Below, piece after piece: positions 28,456-37,437 of a DNA stretch of 64,000 nt; positions within the stretch are counted from its first letter, which is position 1, and each line of letters opens with the position of its first letter. The translations under genes and the position numbers were made by a program. The DNA is from Chloroflexia bacterium. GTDB lineage: Bacteria > Chloroflexota > Chloroflexia > QHBQ01 > JAICKM01. Where the stretch lies: positions 617 through 64,616 of the forward strand of contig DASSGZ010000499.1 in the NCBI GenBank assembly GCA_035693165.1. Reading direction: 5' to 3'. The notes beneath the pieces were generated by a model. It searched no databases. It was not told the DNA's origin and saw only the letters and a list, made by a program, of their open reading frames with translations.

Positions 28456-29276
28456 TGACTGTGCAGCGGCTGCTACTGACGGCGTGGGAGTGGGAACCCT
28501 CCGTGGTGCTGGGGTGCATCGCGCTGGTGCTGGCCTATCTGGCGGCCCTGCGCTTCCGGCCCAGCATGGCCTGGGTGCCCTTCCTGCTGGGCGTGGGCTT
28601 CTTACTGCTCAGCCTGGTCTCGCCCATCGATGTGCTGGGCGATCGCTACCTGTTCAGTATGCACATGCTGCAACACCTGTTGATGATCGTGGTGGTGCCG
28701 CCGCTGCTGCTGCTGGGGTTGCCGGCGGACCTGCTGCGGCGGATACTGGCCTGGCGCCCAGCCCGGATCGTCGCCACGGCGGCCAGTAACGGCCCGGCGG
28801 CCTGGGTGCTCGCCGTGACCACACTCTACGTGTGGCACGTGCCCGCGCTCTACGACGCCGCGTTGCACAGCGAGCCGCTGCACATCCTGGAACATCTCTG
28901 CTTCCTGGTCACGGCGACGATCTTCTGGTGGCCGATCCTGGCGCCTCTGCCGGAATACCGCCTGCCGGTGGCGAGCGGCATTATCTATCTGTTCGCGGCC
29001 TCCCTCGCCAACGACGCGCTGGGCATCGCGATCACCTTCGCGGCGCCCGGCCTCTATCCGACGTATTTGCGCCCGGATAACGCGCAAGGCATCTTAACGC
29101 TGCTGCGCGACGACCTGAACATCTCGGCGCGCCAGGACCAGCAAGCCGCCGGGGTCCTCATGTGGATCCCCAGCAACCTGCCGCTGCTGGTGGCCGTCAT
29201 CGGTCTCCTGATCCGCTGGTTTGGCGAGCCGGAGCCGGACATCACCCCGGCCAACGACTCCGCCGGGGCAGGGTAA
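28455..29276 (+). CDS. ctaG: Cytochrome c oxidase assembly factor CtaG (Caa3_CtaG family)
   Basis: The ATG overlaps the ctaE stop (TGATG). It is a polytopic membrane protein with a HMLQH motif. Confidence 0.8.
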   Translation: MTVQRLLLTAWEWEPSVVLGCIALVLAYLAALRFRPSMAWVPFLLGVGFLLLSLVSPIDVLGDRYLFSMHMLQHLLMIVVVPPLLLLGLPADLLRRILAWRPARIVATAASNGPAAWVLAVTTLYVWHVPALYDAALHSEPLHILEHLCFLVTATIFWWPILAPLPEYRLPVASGIIYLFAASLANDALGIAITFAAPGLYPTYLRPDNAQGILTLLRDDLNISARQDQQAAGVLMWIPSNLPLLVAVIGLLIRWFGEPEPDITPANDSAGAG

Positions 29277-29300
29277 ACGCACAAGGGAGGAGTAGAGCCA

Positions 29301-29777
29301 ATGGATCCCGAAGAACGAGCCATCCCACCCACGCACGAGGAGTTCGCGCCCCCGGCAGCCGTGACCCGTGGGATCATGGGGCGGGCGGCGGGACTCGCCG
29401 CTACCGGCGCCCATGCCGCCCTGGCCGGGCTACGCACCACGCCGGTGCCCGTATTCGCCGGGGCACCCGCGCTAACCGTCGCTTCAATGCCGGCGGGCAG
29501 CGGCGCGGCGCGGGACACGACGAGTGCCGGGCCGGATGCGAGCGAGCCGATCCGCCCCCGCCCGCACGAGATCCCGCACATCGAGCCGGATCCCGGTTGG
29601 AACCTGCCCCGACCCGCGCACCTGCCCCACCCGACCTACTGGCCCGCCGTGCTGGCGATGGGCATCGTCTTTTTCGCCTGGGGCTTGGTAACAAATCCCG
29701 TCGTCACCGCCGTCGGCGTCATCATTTTCTTCGTTGCCCTGCTGGGGTGGATTGGAGAGATGCGCCATGATTCGTGA
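29301..29777 (+). CDS. Small membrane protein: Pro/Ala-rich N-terminus plus C-terminal 2-TM hairpin ending GWIGEMRH (possible oxidase subunit IV-like)
   Basis: A strong SD (GGGAGGAG) precedes ATG 29301. The C-terminal hairpin PTYWPAVLAMGIVFFAWGL...VGVIIFFVALLGWIGEMRH is paralogous to the C-terminal tail of the next gene product. Confidence 0.7.
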   Translation: MDPEERAIPPTHEEFAPPAAVTRGIMGRAAGLAATGAHAALAGLRTTPVPVFAGAPALTVASMPAGSGAARDTTSAGPDASEPIRPRPHEIPHIEPDPGWNLPRPAHLPHPTYWPAVLAMGIVFFAWGLVTNPVVTAVGVIIFFVALLGWIGEMRHDS

Positions 29778-31797
29778 GGCCCTGCCCCTGGCCGGCGCCC
29801 GGCCCGCGCGGCCCCTCCCGCGCCTCGGCATCCGCGCCTATCGCCGGCTAACGGCGGCCACGGCCGCCGCCACCTGGATCTTGATCGTGCTGGGCGGCAT
29901 CGTGCGGGCGACGGAGTCGGGCCTCGGCTGCGCCACCTGGCCCATGTGCGACGGCAGCCTGCTGCCGAAGCTGGAGTATCACCAGCTCATCGAGTGGAAT
30001 CACCGCTTCTTCGCCACGCTCGTCGGCCTGCTGATGATCGCCACGGTCGGCGCCACCCTGCTCTGGTTCCGGCGGCCCCGGCGGCTGCTCTGGCTGGCGC
30101 TGCTGGCCGCCGTGACCTACATCGTGCAGGCCATCCTGGGCGGGATCACCGTGCTGCTCAAGCTGCCGCAGACCTGGATCGCCGCCCATATGGGCAACTC
30201 GATGCTGCTGCTGGCCGCCCTGATCCTGCTGGCGCTCTTTGCCTACCTGGGGCCGGTGGGCGTGGGCGAGTCCGACCGGCGGCTGCGCCGGCTGGCGCTG
30301 GGCACCACCCTCTGGACCTATGCCGCGATGTTCACCGGATCCGCGGTGGTCGGGGCCAAGGCCGATCTTGCCTGCCCGGCCTGGCCCTTCTGCGCCGACA
30401 CCAACCTCCTGCCCGTGACCTTCGACCAATGGATCAACTTCGGCCACCGCATCTCCGTCGCGTTTTCCGATATCCTGATGCTGCTGCTGGCCGTCGCCAT
30501 CTGGCGCACCCGGCAGGGCAATCGCCGGCTCATGCTCAGCACGCACATCCTGGCCGTGTTCTATGTCGGTCAGGTCTTGCTGGGCGCCGTCACCATCTGG
30601 ACCGGCGCGCCGCCGGTGATGAAAAGCGCGCACCTGGCGCTGGCCGCCGCCGTCTGGGGCGCGCTGGTGCTGATGACGGCCTTCGTCTGGATCGGCGCCC
30701 CCGATGCCGCACCCGGCGCCGGTCCCGGCGAACCGGCCCCGCGCCGCGCCCGCCGCCCGCGCCCGGCCCCGCTCGTGACGCAGGCTCACGCGCAGTACCG
30801 GGTGCTGGAGACAGCCCAGGCTTACGCCACCCTGATGAAGCCGCGCATCATCCCCTTGCTGCTGGTGCCCACCGTGGCGGCCATCTTGATGGCGGCGATG
30901 ATCCACCCGCCCGCGCAGCCGCTGCCCTGGCTGATCGTCTGGACCATGCTCGGCGGTATCCTGGCCGCCGGAGGCGCGCACGCCCTCAACCACTACCTGG
31001 ATCGCGACCTCGACAGCCGGATGCGGCGCACCCGCAACCGGCCCGTCGTCACCGGGCGCATCCGGCCCCGGCGGGCGCTGGCCTTCGGCGTTGTGCTCAG
31101 CGTGCTGGCCTTCGGGCAACTCTGGCTCACGACCAACCTCACGGCGGCCCTGCTGGCCATCGCCGGCAACCTGTTCTATGTCTTTATCTACACCATCTGG
31201 CTGAAGCGCACCAGCACGCAGAATATCGTGATCGGCGGCGCGGCGGGCGCGGTGCCGCCGCTGGTGGGCTGGGCCGCCGTGACCGGCGACATCGGCGTGC
31301 CGGCGCTGCTGTTTTTCACCATCATCTTTTTCTGGACACCGCCGCACTTCTGGGCGCTGGCCCTGGTGCGGCAAGAAGACTACCGTGCGGCGGGGATCCC
31401 CATGCTGCCGGTCGTGCGCGGAGCGTATAACACCCGCGTGCAGATCCTGGTCTACAGCGTGTTGCTGCTGGCGGTGAGCCTGTTGCTGTTCGCCACGAAC
31501 GCGCTCGGCCTCATCTATCTGGCCGCCGCGACCGCGCTGGGGGCGATGTTCGTGCTGCGCGCCGGCCAGCTCCTGGGCGACGGCTCGGTGCCGCGCGCCT
31601 GGCGCCTGTTCAAGTTCTCGAATATCTATCTGGCTTTGCTCTATCTGGTCATGGTAGTGGATCGGCTCGTCGCCTTCGCCGGGATCAGCGTCCTGCTCTG
31701 GGGACTGCTGATGATCGTGCTTGCGGCCGGCGTGGCGCTAATCGTGATGGGCCTGGCTTGCGCCGGCTGGATTGGAGAACTTCGCCATGGCACATGA
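29767..31797 (+). CDS. ctaA-ctaB: Fusion protein: haem A synthase (CtaA/COX15), then protohaem IX farnesyltransferase (CtaB/COX10), then an extra C-terminal 2-TM hairpin
   Basis: The N-terminal half has the COX15 signature (GGIVRATESGLGCATWPMC). A Pro/Arg linker sits near nt 30700-30790. The UbiA-type CtaB half follows (YATLMKPRII...NHYLDRDLD...WTPPHFWALA). The tail ends AGWIGELRH. Confidence 0.88.
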   Translation: MIREALPLAGARPARPLPRLGIRAYRRLTAATAAATWILIVLGGIVRATESGLGCATWPMCDGSLLPKLEYHQLIEWNHRFFATLVGLLMIATVGATLLWFRRPRRLLWLALLAAVTYIVQAILGGITVLLKLPQTWIAAHMGNSMLLLAALILLALFAYLGPVGVGESDRRLRRLALGTTLWTYAAMFTGSAVVGAKADLACPAWPFCADTNLLPVTFDQWINFGHRISVAFSDILMLLLAVAIWRTRQGNRRLMLSTHILAVFYVGQVLLGAVTIWTGAPPVMKSAHLALAAAVWGALVLMTAFVWIGAPDAAPGAGPGEPAPRRARRPRPAPLVTQAHAQYRVLETAQAYATLMKPRIIPLLLVPTVAAILMAAMIHPPAQPLPWLIVWTMLGGILAAGGAHALNHYLDRDLDSRMRRTRNRPVVTGRIRPRRALAFGVVLSVLAFGQLWLTTNLTAALLAIAGNLFYVFIYTIWLKRTSTQNIVIGGAAGAVPPLVGWAAVTGDIGVPALLFFTIIFFWTPPHFWALALVRQEDYRAAGIPMLPVVRGAYNTRVQILVYSVLLLAVSLLLFATNALGLIYLAAATALGAMFVLRAGQLLGDGSVPRAWRLFKFSNIYLALLYLVMVVDRLVAFAGISVLLWGLLMIVLAAGVALIVMGLACAGWIGELRHGT

Positions 31798-32299
31798 TAT
31801 CAACGACCGCACCAGCGTCCGCACCCTCACCCGGCGCCAGTTTCTGACCTGGATCTCGGTGGCCCTGGGCGGCGTGGGCTCGGCGCTGGTCGGCATCCCG
31901 GTGATCAGCTTCCTGCTGGCGCCGCTCTTCGAGAAGCCGCGGCAAAGCTGGCGCCCGGTCGGCGACGCCGACCACTTTAAGATCGGGGAGACGGTGCAGG
32001 TCGCCTTCACCGACCCATCGCCCCTGCCCTGGGCGGGGGTCACGGCGGCCACGGCGGTCTGGCTGCGCCGGGAGAGCAAGGACCAGTTCACCGCCTTTGC
32101 CGTAAATTGCAGCCACCTGGGCTGCCCGGTCCAGTGGATCCCCGACGGCCAGTTGTTCCTATGCCCCTGCCATGGCGGGGTCTACTATGCCAACGGCACC
32201 GTGGCCGCAGGGCCCCCGCCGCGGTCCTTAACCACGTATAACGTCCGGGTCAACGCGGGCCAGGTCGAGATCCTCACCCAGCCCACGCCGATTGTGTGA
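31787..32299 (+). CDS. Rieske [2Fe-2S] subunit of a cytochrome bc-type complex
   Basis: Tat-like signal (TRRQFL) and Rieske boxes CSHLGC and CPCHGG. The ATG overlaps the ctaA-ctaB 3' end. Confidence 0.9.
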   Translation: MAHDINDRTSVRTLTRRQFLTWISVALGGVGSALVGIPVISFLLAPLFEKPRQSWRPVGDADHFKIGETVQVAFTDPSPLPWAGVTAATAVWLRRESKDQFTAFAVNCSHLGCPVQWIPDGQLFLCPCHGGVYYANGTVAAGPPPRSLTTYNVRVNAGQVEILTQPTPIV

Positions 32300-32386
32300 G
32301 GCCCGGTTCGCGGCGCGGCGGTGTGCCCGCCGGGGCCGGTTCGCCGACCGGGACCCCGCCCGCGGATCGCGCAAAGGAGCAAGACA

Positions 32387-33832
32387 GTGGGATTCTTCAG
32401 TCGCATAGTCGCCCTGTTGAAGCAGGCCTGGGAGACGTTTGACGACCGGACAGGGACCTCGCAGCTCATCGGCCCGATAATGACCCACCCGGTGCCCGAG
32501 GCAGGACGCAAGGGCTGGTTCTATGTGTTCGGGAGTGCCACCCTGTTCTCCTTCATCGTGCAGGTGGTGACCGGCATCGCCCTCGCCACGGCCTACATCC
32601 CGGCCTCCGGCGAAGCGTACCAGAGCCTGCAGTTCATCAGCGACCCGGTCAACGGGCCGACGCTGGGGCCGCTGCTGCGCGGCATCCACAACTATGGCGC
32701 CTCGGCCATGGTGGTGTTGATCGGCGTCCATGCCCTGCGCGTCTTTCTCATGGGGTCGTATAAATATCCGCGCGAGTTTAGCTGGCTCAGCGGCTCGGTG
32801 CTGCTGCTGCTGACGCTGGGCATGGCCTTCACCGGCCAGTTGCTGCGCTGGGACCAGACGGCCTTCTGGTCGGTAATCGTAGCCGCCGAGCAGGCCGGGC
32901 GTGCCCCGCTGATTGGCCCGGCCCTGGCCCAGTTCATCCTCGGCGGATCGACCGTCGGCGGCGCGACCCTGAGCCGATTCTATGCGTTCCACGTCTTCTT
33001 CATACCCGCGCTCATCTTCGGCCTGATCGGGTTCCACCTGTACATGGTGCTGCATGTCGGCATTTCGGAGCCGCCGCAGGCCGGGCGCCCGGTGGACCCT
33101 AAAACCTATCGCAAGTGGTATCACGACATGTTGCAACGCGAAGGCGTGCCCTTCTGGCCGGATGCCGCCTGGCGCGACGCTATTTTCGGCGTGCTCGTCA
33201 TCGTCACCATCGTGGCGCTGGCGTTTATCCTGGGCCCGCCCAAGGTCGATATCCCGCCCGATCCGACGCTCTTGAACGCCTACCCGCGCCCGGACTGGTA
33301 TCTGCTGTGGTATTTTGCCGCGCTGGCGTTGTTGCCGCCGGAGTCCGAGAACTGGGTCATCATCGGCGGACCGCTGGTGCTGGGCCTGGTGCTGTTCCTG
33401 CTGCCGCTGGCAAATCGCGGCGAGCGCCATCCCAAGCGCCGGCCCTGGGCGATCGGTCTCTCCATCGTGGTGGTGCTAATGATCGCCTCATTGTCGGTGG
33501 TGGGGCAAATCTCGGCCTGGTCGCCCGACTTCAAGGCCCAACCGCTGTCGCCCCAGGTCGTCGCCAGCAACGAGCCGTCTATCATCCATGGGGCTCAACT
33601 GTTCAACAGCAAGGGTTGCCAGGCGTGCCACGCCATTGCGGGCAGCGGCGGCGCCCGCGGCCCCGACCTGACCGCCGTGGGCAGCCGCCTGACGCGCGAC
33701 CAGTTGGTCTGGCGCATCCTGAACGGCGGGGTGAATATGCCGGCCTTCGCCAATAATATGACGCCGGAGGAACTGACCGACATAGTCAACTTCCTGGAAA
33801 CGCGGCGGGGCACGCAGGCATCCTCGCCCTGA
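32387..33832 (+). CDS. Cytochrome b (b6 plus subunit-IV-like portions fused) with a C-terminal mono-haem cytochrome c domain
   Basis: SD AAAGGAG precedes GTG 32387. Cytochrome b motifs (HNYGAS...H..R.F..G.YKYPRE..W..G; FTGQLLRWDQ) and C-terminal CQACH are present. Confidence 0.88.
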   Translation: MGFFSRIVALLKQAWETFDDRTGTSQLIGPIMTHPVPEAGRKGWFYVFGSATLFSFIVQVVTGIALATAYIPASGEAYQSLQFISDPVNGPTLGPLLRGIHNYGASAMVVLIGVHALRVFLMGSYKYPREFSWLSGSVLLLLTLGMAFTGQLLRWDQTAFWSVIVAAEQAGRAPLIGPALAQFILGGSTVGGATLSRFYAFHVFFIPALIFGLIGFHLYMVLHVGISEPPQAGRPVDPKTYRKWYHDMLQREGVPFWPDAAWRDAIFGVLVIVTIVALAFILGPPKVDIPPDPTLLNAYPRPDWYLLWYFAALALLPPESENWVIIGGPLVLGLVLFLLPLANRGERHPKRRPWAIGLSIVVVLMIASLSVVGQISAWSPDFKAQPLSPQVVASNEPSIIHGAQLFNSKGCQACHAIAGSGGARGPDLTAVGSRLTRDQLVWRILNGGVNMPAFANNMTPEELTDIVNFLETRRGTQASSP

Positions 33833-33857
33833 CGCGCCGGGGACCGCATTACGCCGC

Positions 33858-33901
33858 CGCGCCCCGCCGGGAAGGATCTCCGGCGGGGCGCGGTGTTTTT
33901 G
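33858..33901 (+). terminator. Intrinsic terminator of the respiratory operon
   Basis: A 13-bp GC stem pairs 33858-33870 with 33880-33892 across a 9-nt loop, followed by GTGTTTTTG. Confidence 0.85.
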
Positions 33902-33925
33902 TCGCTTCGCTGTAGGCGGCGCGCA

Positions 33926-34783
33926 CTACGACAGCAGCGGGGCCACCCGCTCGGCGATGCGCGCCACCAGATCCTCCTGGTAGACCAGCGGCAAGCCGAT
34001 GCAGATGTGGTCGATGCCCGCTTCCAGGTAGGGTTCGATCCGCTCACGAACCGTGGCCGCATCGTCGGGCGTGCGCACGTGGACCTGGATCGAGCGGCGG
34101 ATTTCGTTGGGGTCGCGGCCAATGGCGGCGCAGTGCTCGTCGAGCACGGCGTTCTTGTGGCGCACGTCATCCGGTGTGCCGCCGGATAGGTTGTAGATAG
34201 CCGCGTGTTTGGCCACCACGCGCAGAGTCAGCTTCTCGCCGGCGCCGCCGATGGTGAAGGGCGGGTAGGGGCGCTGCACCGGCTTCGGCTCGTGCCGGGC
34301 CTCGGTCAAGGTGTAATACTTCCCGGCGAAATTGGCGACTTCTTCCGTCCAGAGCAACTTGATCACCTGGCAGGCTTCGTCCAGTTCGCGGATGCGCTGC
34401 GCGGGCGAGGGAAACGGGATGCCGTACATATTGTACTCCAGCTCGAACCACCCCGCGCCCAGGCCCATCTCCAGGCGCCCGCCGCTGACCTGGTCGACCG
34501 TGGTGGCGATTTTCGCCAGCACCGCCGGGTAGCGATAGCCGTTGCAGCCGACCATCAGGCCCAGGCGCAACCGCTGAGTTGCCGCGGCCAGCGCCGCCAG
34601 CAGCGTCCAGCCGTCCATGCAGGGGCCTTCGACATGGCCGTTGATCGGCACAAAGTGATCGAACAGCCAGAACCCGGTAAAGGCCGGCGCCGCCTCGGTG
34701 TCCCGGCAATAGCGCAGAATGTTGTCCCAGTCGCGGTCGTGCTGGGCCGTTTTCAGGTCGATCCGTAGCGGAAATCGGCTCAT
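33926..34783 (-). CDS. LLM-class (luciferase-like) F420-dependent oxidoreductase
   Basis: The 285-aa TIM-barrel LLM pattern is present (FTGFWLFDHF, GRLEMGLGAGW, PPFTIGGAGEK). Confidence 0.8.
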   Translation of the reverse strand: MSRFPLRIDLKTAQHDRDWDNILRYCRDTEAAPAFTGFWLFDHFVPINGHVEGPCMDGWTLLAALAAATQRLRLGLMVGCNGYRYPAVLAKIATTVDQVSGGRLEMGLGAGWFELEYNMYGIPFPSPAQRIRELDEACQVIKLLWTEEVANFAGKYYTLTEARHEPKPVQRPYPPFTIGGAGEKLTLRVVAKHAAIYNLSGGTPDDVRHKNAVLDEHCAAIGRDPNEIRRSIQVHVRTPDDAATVRERIEPYLEAGIDHICIGLPLVYQEDLVARIAERVAPLLS

Positions 34784-34861
34784 GGCTCACCTCCAGGAGC
34801 AAAGCGGCAGCCCGGATACAAGCCGGTCCCGGCCCCGCGACAGGGCAGGTGGCGCGAAGGG

Positions 34862-35704
34862 TTAGCTCTCCGGGTTGCGCGGGGATTCGTGGTCCGGCGG
34901 GGCCGCGCGCAGGGCCGCCACCAGTTCCGGCAGCATGATCGCATCCAGGTCGGTGATCACGGTGCCGCCGAGCCGCGTCAGGCTGCGGTGGTTGCCGCCC
35001 AACAACAGGCGTTCCAGAGTGCGCAGGCGTGGCTTGTAGATGCGTAACTCCACACGGCAGATCTGGCCGCCGGCTGCGTGGGCCACCTGCGGTACGTCGA
35101 GCAGCCCGTAGCGCAACGCGTGGGTCGTGTCGCCATGGTGGTCGATAATCTCGCCGCGCAACCGGGGCACTAACAGGCGGTTCTTCACCAGGAGCACCCA
35201 GTCGATCAGGTTCGCGGTGATGGGCAGGTGGAGAAACAACCCATCGGCCCAGCCGCGCGCCGAGGGCTGTTCCGTGGCCACGAGCGCCGAGAGCAGGCGG
35301 CGCAACAGGTCCACGCCGGCAGCGCGCGGAAAGTGTTCCAGCACATCGGCGACGATGATGGCGTCGTAGCGGTCCGGGGGCGCCCAGGTGGTGAGGTCGG
35401 CGGTGAAATAATCGAGGGTGCCGCCCTTACGCAGCGGTTCCCGTCCGTACGTCTCACGCGCCCAGGCAATCGCGTCAGCCGACACATCGACGCCGGTGAC
35501 CTGCGCGCCGAGCATCGCCAGTAGCCAAGACCCGGCACCCAGCCCGCAGCCGGCATCGAGGATGCGCATGCCGGGTTGTACCATCAACATCCGCGCGGCC
35601 CGGCGGTAGGCTTTCAGGGCCGGCGACTGGAAGTCAAACGGGGTCGTGAGCGCCTGCCCCATGCGGCGGCGCCGGAAGTATTCGGTTGAATAAAGGTTAT
35701 CCAT
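34862..35704 (-). CDS. Class I SAM-dependent methyltransferase
   Basis: Motif I is ILDAGCGLGAGS and the post-I acidic residue is in VTGVDVS. Confidence 0.8.
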   Translation of the reverse strand: MDNLYSTEYFRRRRMGQALTTPFDFQSPALKAYRRAARMLMVQPGMRILDAGCGLGAGSWLLAMLGAQVTGVDVSADAIAWARETYGREPLRKGGTLDYFTADLTTWAPPDRYDAIIVADVLEHFPRAAGVDLLRRLLSALVATEQPSARGWADGLFLHLPITANLIDWVLLVKNRLLVPRLRGEIIDHHGDTTHALRYGLLDVPQVAHAAGGQICRVELRIYKPRLRTLERLLLGGNHRSLTRLGGTVITDLDAIMLPELVAALRAAPPDHESPRNPES

Positions 35705-35758
35705 AGAGAGTTAATCGCCGGGAGCCGCCACCACCACCCGGCGCGGGCCAGGACTCCC

Positions 35759-36568
35759 CTACAGAAGGCTCAGATTGCGCAGCACCAGCGCGCCACCGGG
35801 GTCGCGCTTACGTACATAGTACACGTGCTGCAAGTGCGGGGAGTACACCACCTGGACGCGGTCCCCGTTGACGAGCGCTTCAAAGATATGCTTGTCGACG
35901 CGCAGATTCACTTCGCCGGGCGCCAGCTTGTGCCGGGTCTCCGGCAGCCGCCATTCGCCGCTAGACGCGGCAGGGGCGCTGCGCACCCTGGTGCCCTGGA
36001 GTTGCGCGCCGAAGGAGCCACCGCTGCCGCTGACAAAGCCGCGATCCCGCGCGCCGGCCGCGGGGGCCGTGCTTGCCGCTTCGGCACTCGCGACCGGCGG
36101 CTCAAAGGCTGGCGTGACAGACAGGACCGGCGGATCCTCGCTCTCCTCGGTGCGCGGGGGGCCGACGACAATCCAGAAGGCCCCACCCCGCCCGCGCCCG
36201 CCCAGGCGCTGCACAACGCGGCCCTCGTACGTCACCGGGGCGGAGGCGAGGTCCAGCGCGGCGAGGCGAATCGCGTTCAGGAAGTAGAGGACGCCGATGA
36301 CCAGGACCAGCGAGGCGAAGCCACACAGGCCCACGCTGAAAAACGGCCCGGTGAACTCGCCGCCCTGCCCGCCGGCGATGTCAAGGGTGATGCTGGTCGT
36401 GATATAGGCGAGGATGCCGAGAAAGAGGACCAGCACCAGCGCCCCGCCCAGCGAGGCCAGGATCGGCGGTCGATAGTGGAACGGCACCGGCGCATCGCCG
36501 GCCCCGATCGTCACGCCGCGCGGAGGCCGGCGGCGGGGCATCGACGAGTCGAGCTGGGTGTTCCTCAC
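35759..36568 (-). CDS. Hypothetical membrane protein (2 TM, low-complexity middle)
   Basis: GTG 36568 overlaps the upstream GNAT stop (GTGA). ATG 36541 is an alternative start. There are two hydrophobic helices and no recognisable domain. Confidence 0.5.
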   Translation of the reverse strand: MRNTQLDSSMPRRRPPRGVTIGAGDAPVPFHYRPPILASLGGALVLVLFLGILAYITTSITLDIAGGQGGEFTGPFFSVGLCGFASLVLVIGVLYFLNAIRLAALDLASAPVTYEGRVVQRLGGRGRGGAFWIVVGPPRTEESEDPPVLSVTPAFEPPVASAEAASTAPAAGARDRGFVSGSGGSFGAQLQGTRVRSAPAASSGEWRLPETRHKLAPGEVNLRVDKHIFEALVNGDRVQVVYSPHLQHVYYVRKRDPGGALVLRNLSLL

Positions 36569-37278
36569 TCGCCGTCATCCTCCTGATCGCCCAGTGACCC
36601 CTCATCGACGGCGCGGTAGTAGCCGGGCGACCCTTGGCCGTACCCGCGGTCCAGGCCATGCGGATGGCGGACGAAGCGACTCAGCAACACTTCATCCTCG
36701 TAGCCCTGCTCGGTTTTGATGTAGGCGTGGCGGCGGCCTTCTTCCACGAAGCCGAACTTGCCGTAGAGGTTGAGGGCGCGGCGGTTGGACGAGCGCACGC
36801 TGAGCGTGATCTTTTCGAGATCTGCCTGGGCTTCGGCCCATTCCATGGCATATTGGGCCAGCGCCGACCCCAGCCCCTGCTCGCGATAGGCCGACCGCAG
36901 CCACATGCTCAGGTCGGCGGTGTGGCGGATGAATTCGGGCCGCCCGCGCACCAGCGAGAGACTGCCCGCCACTTCGAGTTCGTGGCGCGGCTGTTCGTGG
37001 TCGAGCAGCACGGCCAGCACCAGAAAGTCCACGCCGCCCAGGGCAAACCGAATCCAGCGCTGTTCCAGTTCCGGGGTAATGTCCCAGGCCCGGCGCAGCA
37101 GGAAGCGGCCCTCGTTGGCGACCTCGTTCAGCGCCTGGAGCATCAAGTGGGCATCGGTTTCCCGCGCGTGCCGCAGCAGCACGGGCCGCCCATCGCGCAA
37201 ATGAACCAGGCGTTCCCCTGGTCCGCTGGCCTGACCTTCGAAGCTGTCTTGTTCCACGGCTACCCTCTCATCATTCAT
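36565..37278 (-). CDS. GNAT-family N-acetyltransferase
   Basis: ATG 37278 (MNDERV). The acetyl-CoA binding region is REQGLGSALAQYAMEWA. Confidence 0.8.
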   Translation of the reverse strand: MNDERVAVEQDSFEGQASGPGERLVHLRDGRPVLLRHARETDAHLMLQALNEVANEGRFLLRRAWDITPELEQRWIRFALGGVDFLVLAVLLDHEQPRHELEVAGSLSLVRGRPEFIRHTADLSMWLRSAYREQGLGSALAQYAMEWAEAQADLEKITLSVRSSNRRALNLYGKFGFVEEGRRHAYIKTEQGYEDEVLLSRFVRHPHGLDRGYGQGSPGYYRAVDEGSLGDQEDDGE

Positions 37279-37437
37279 GTTGCAATTATAGGCAGAGGAT
37301 CGGGCAGCGTCAAGGACCAAGTGGAGTAGAAATCGACAAATTGCCGCAGTGCAGGCCAAACATCCGGCCCCAGCGCCTGGGGCCGGGCCTGCCACCCGCT
37401 GCTTGACACTCCGGGCGCCGGACTTCTATAATGGCCC

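Noticed and set aside
29848-31430. Long alternative-frame and antisense ORFs (508 aa on the minus strand, 494 aa on the plus strand) inside ctaA-ctaB
   Set aside because: Their translations are Arg/Gly/Pro/Ala-rich and nonsensical. Only the annotated frame gives TM helices and COX15/COX10 motifs.
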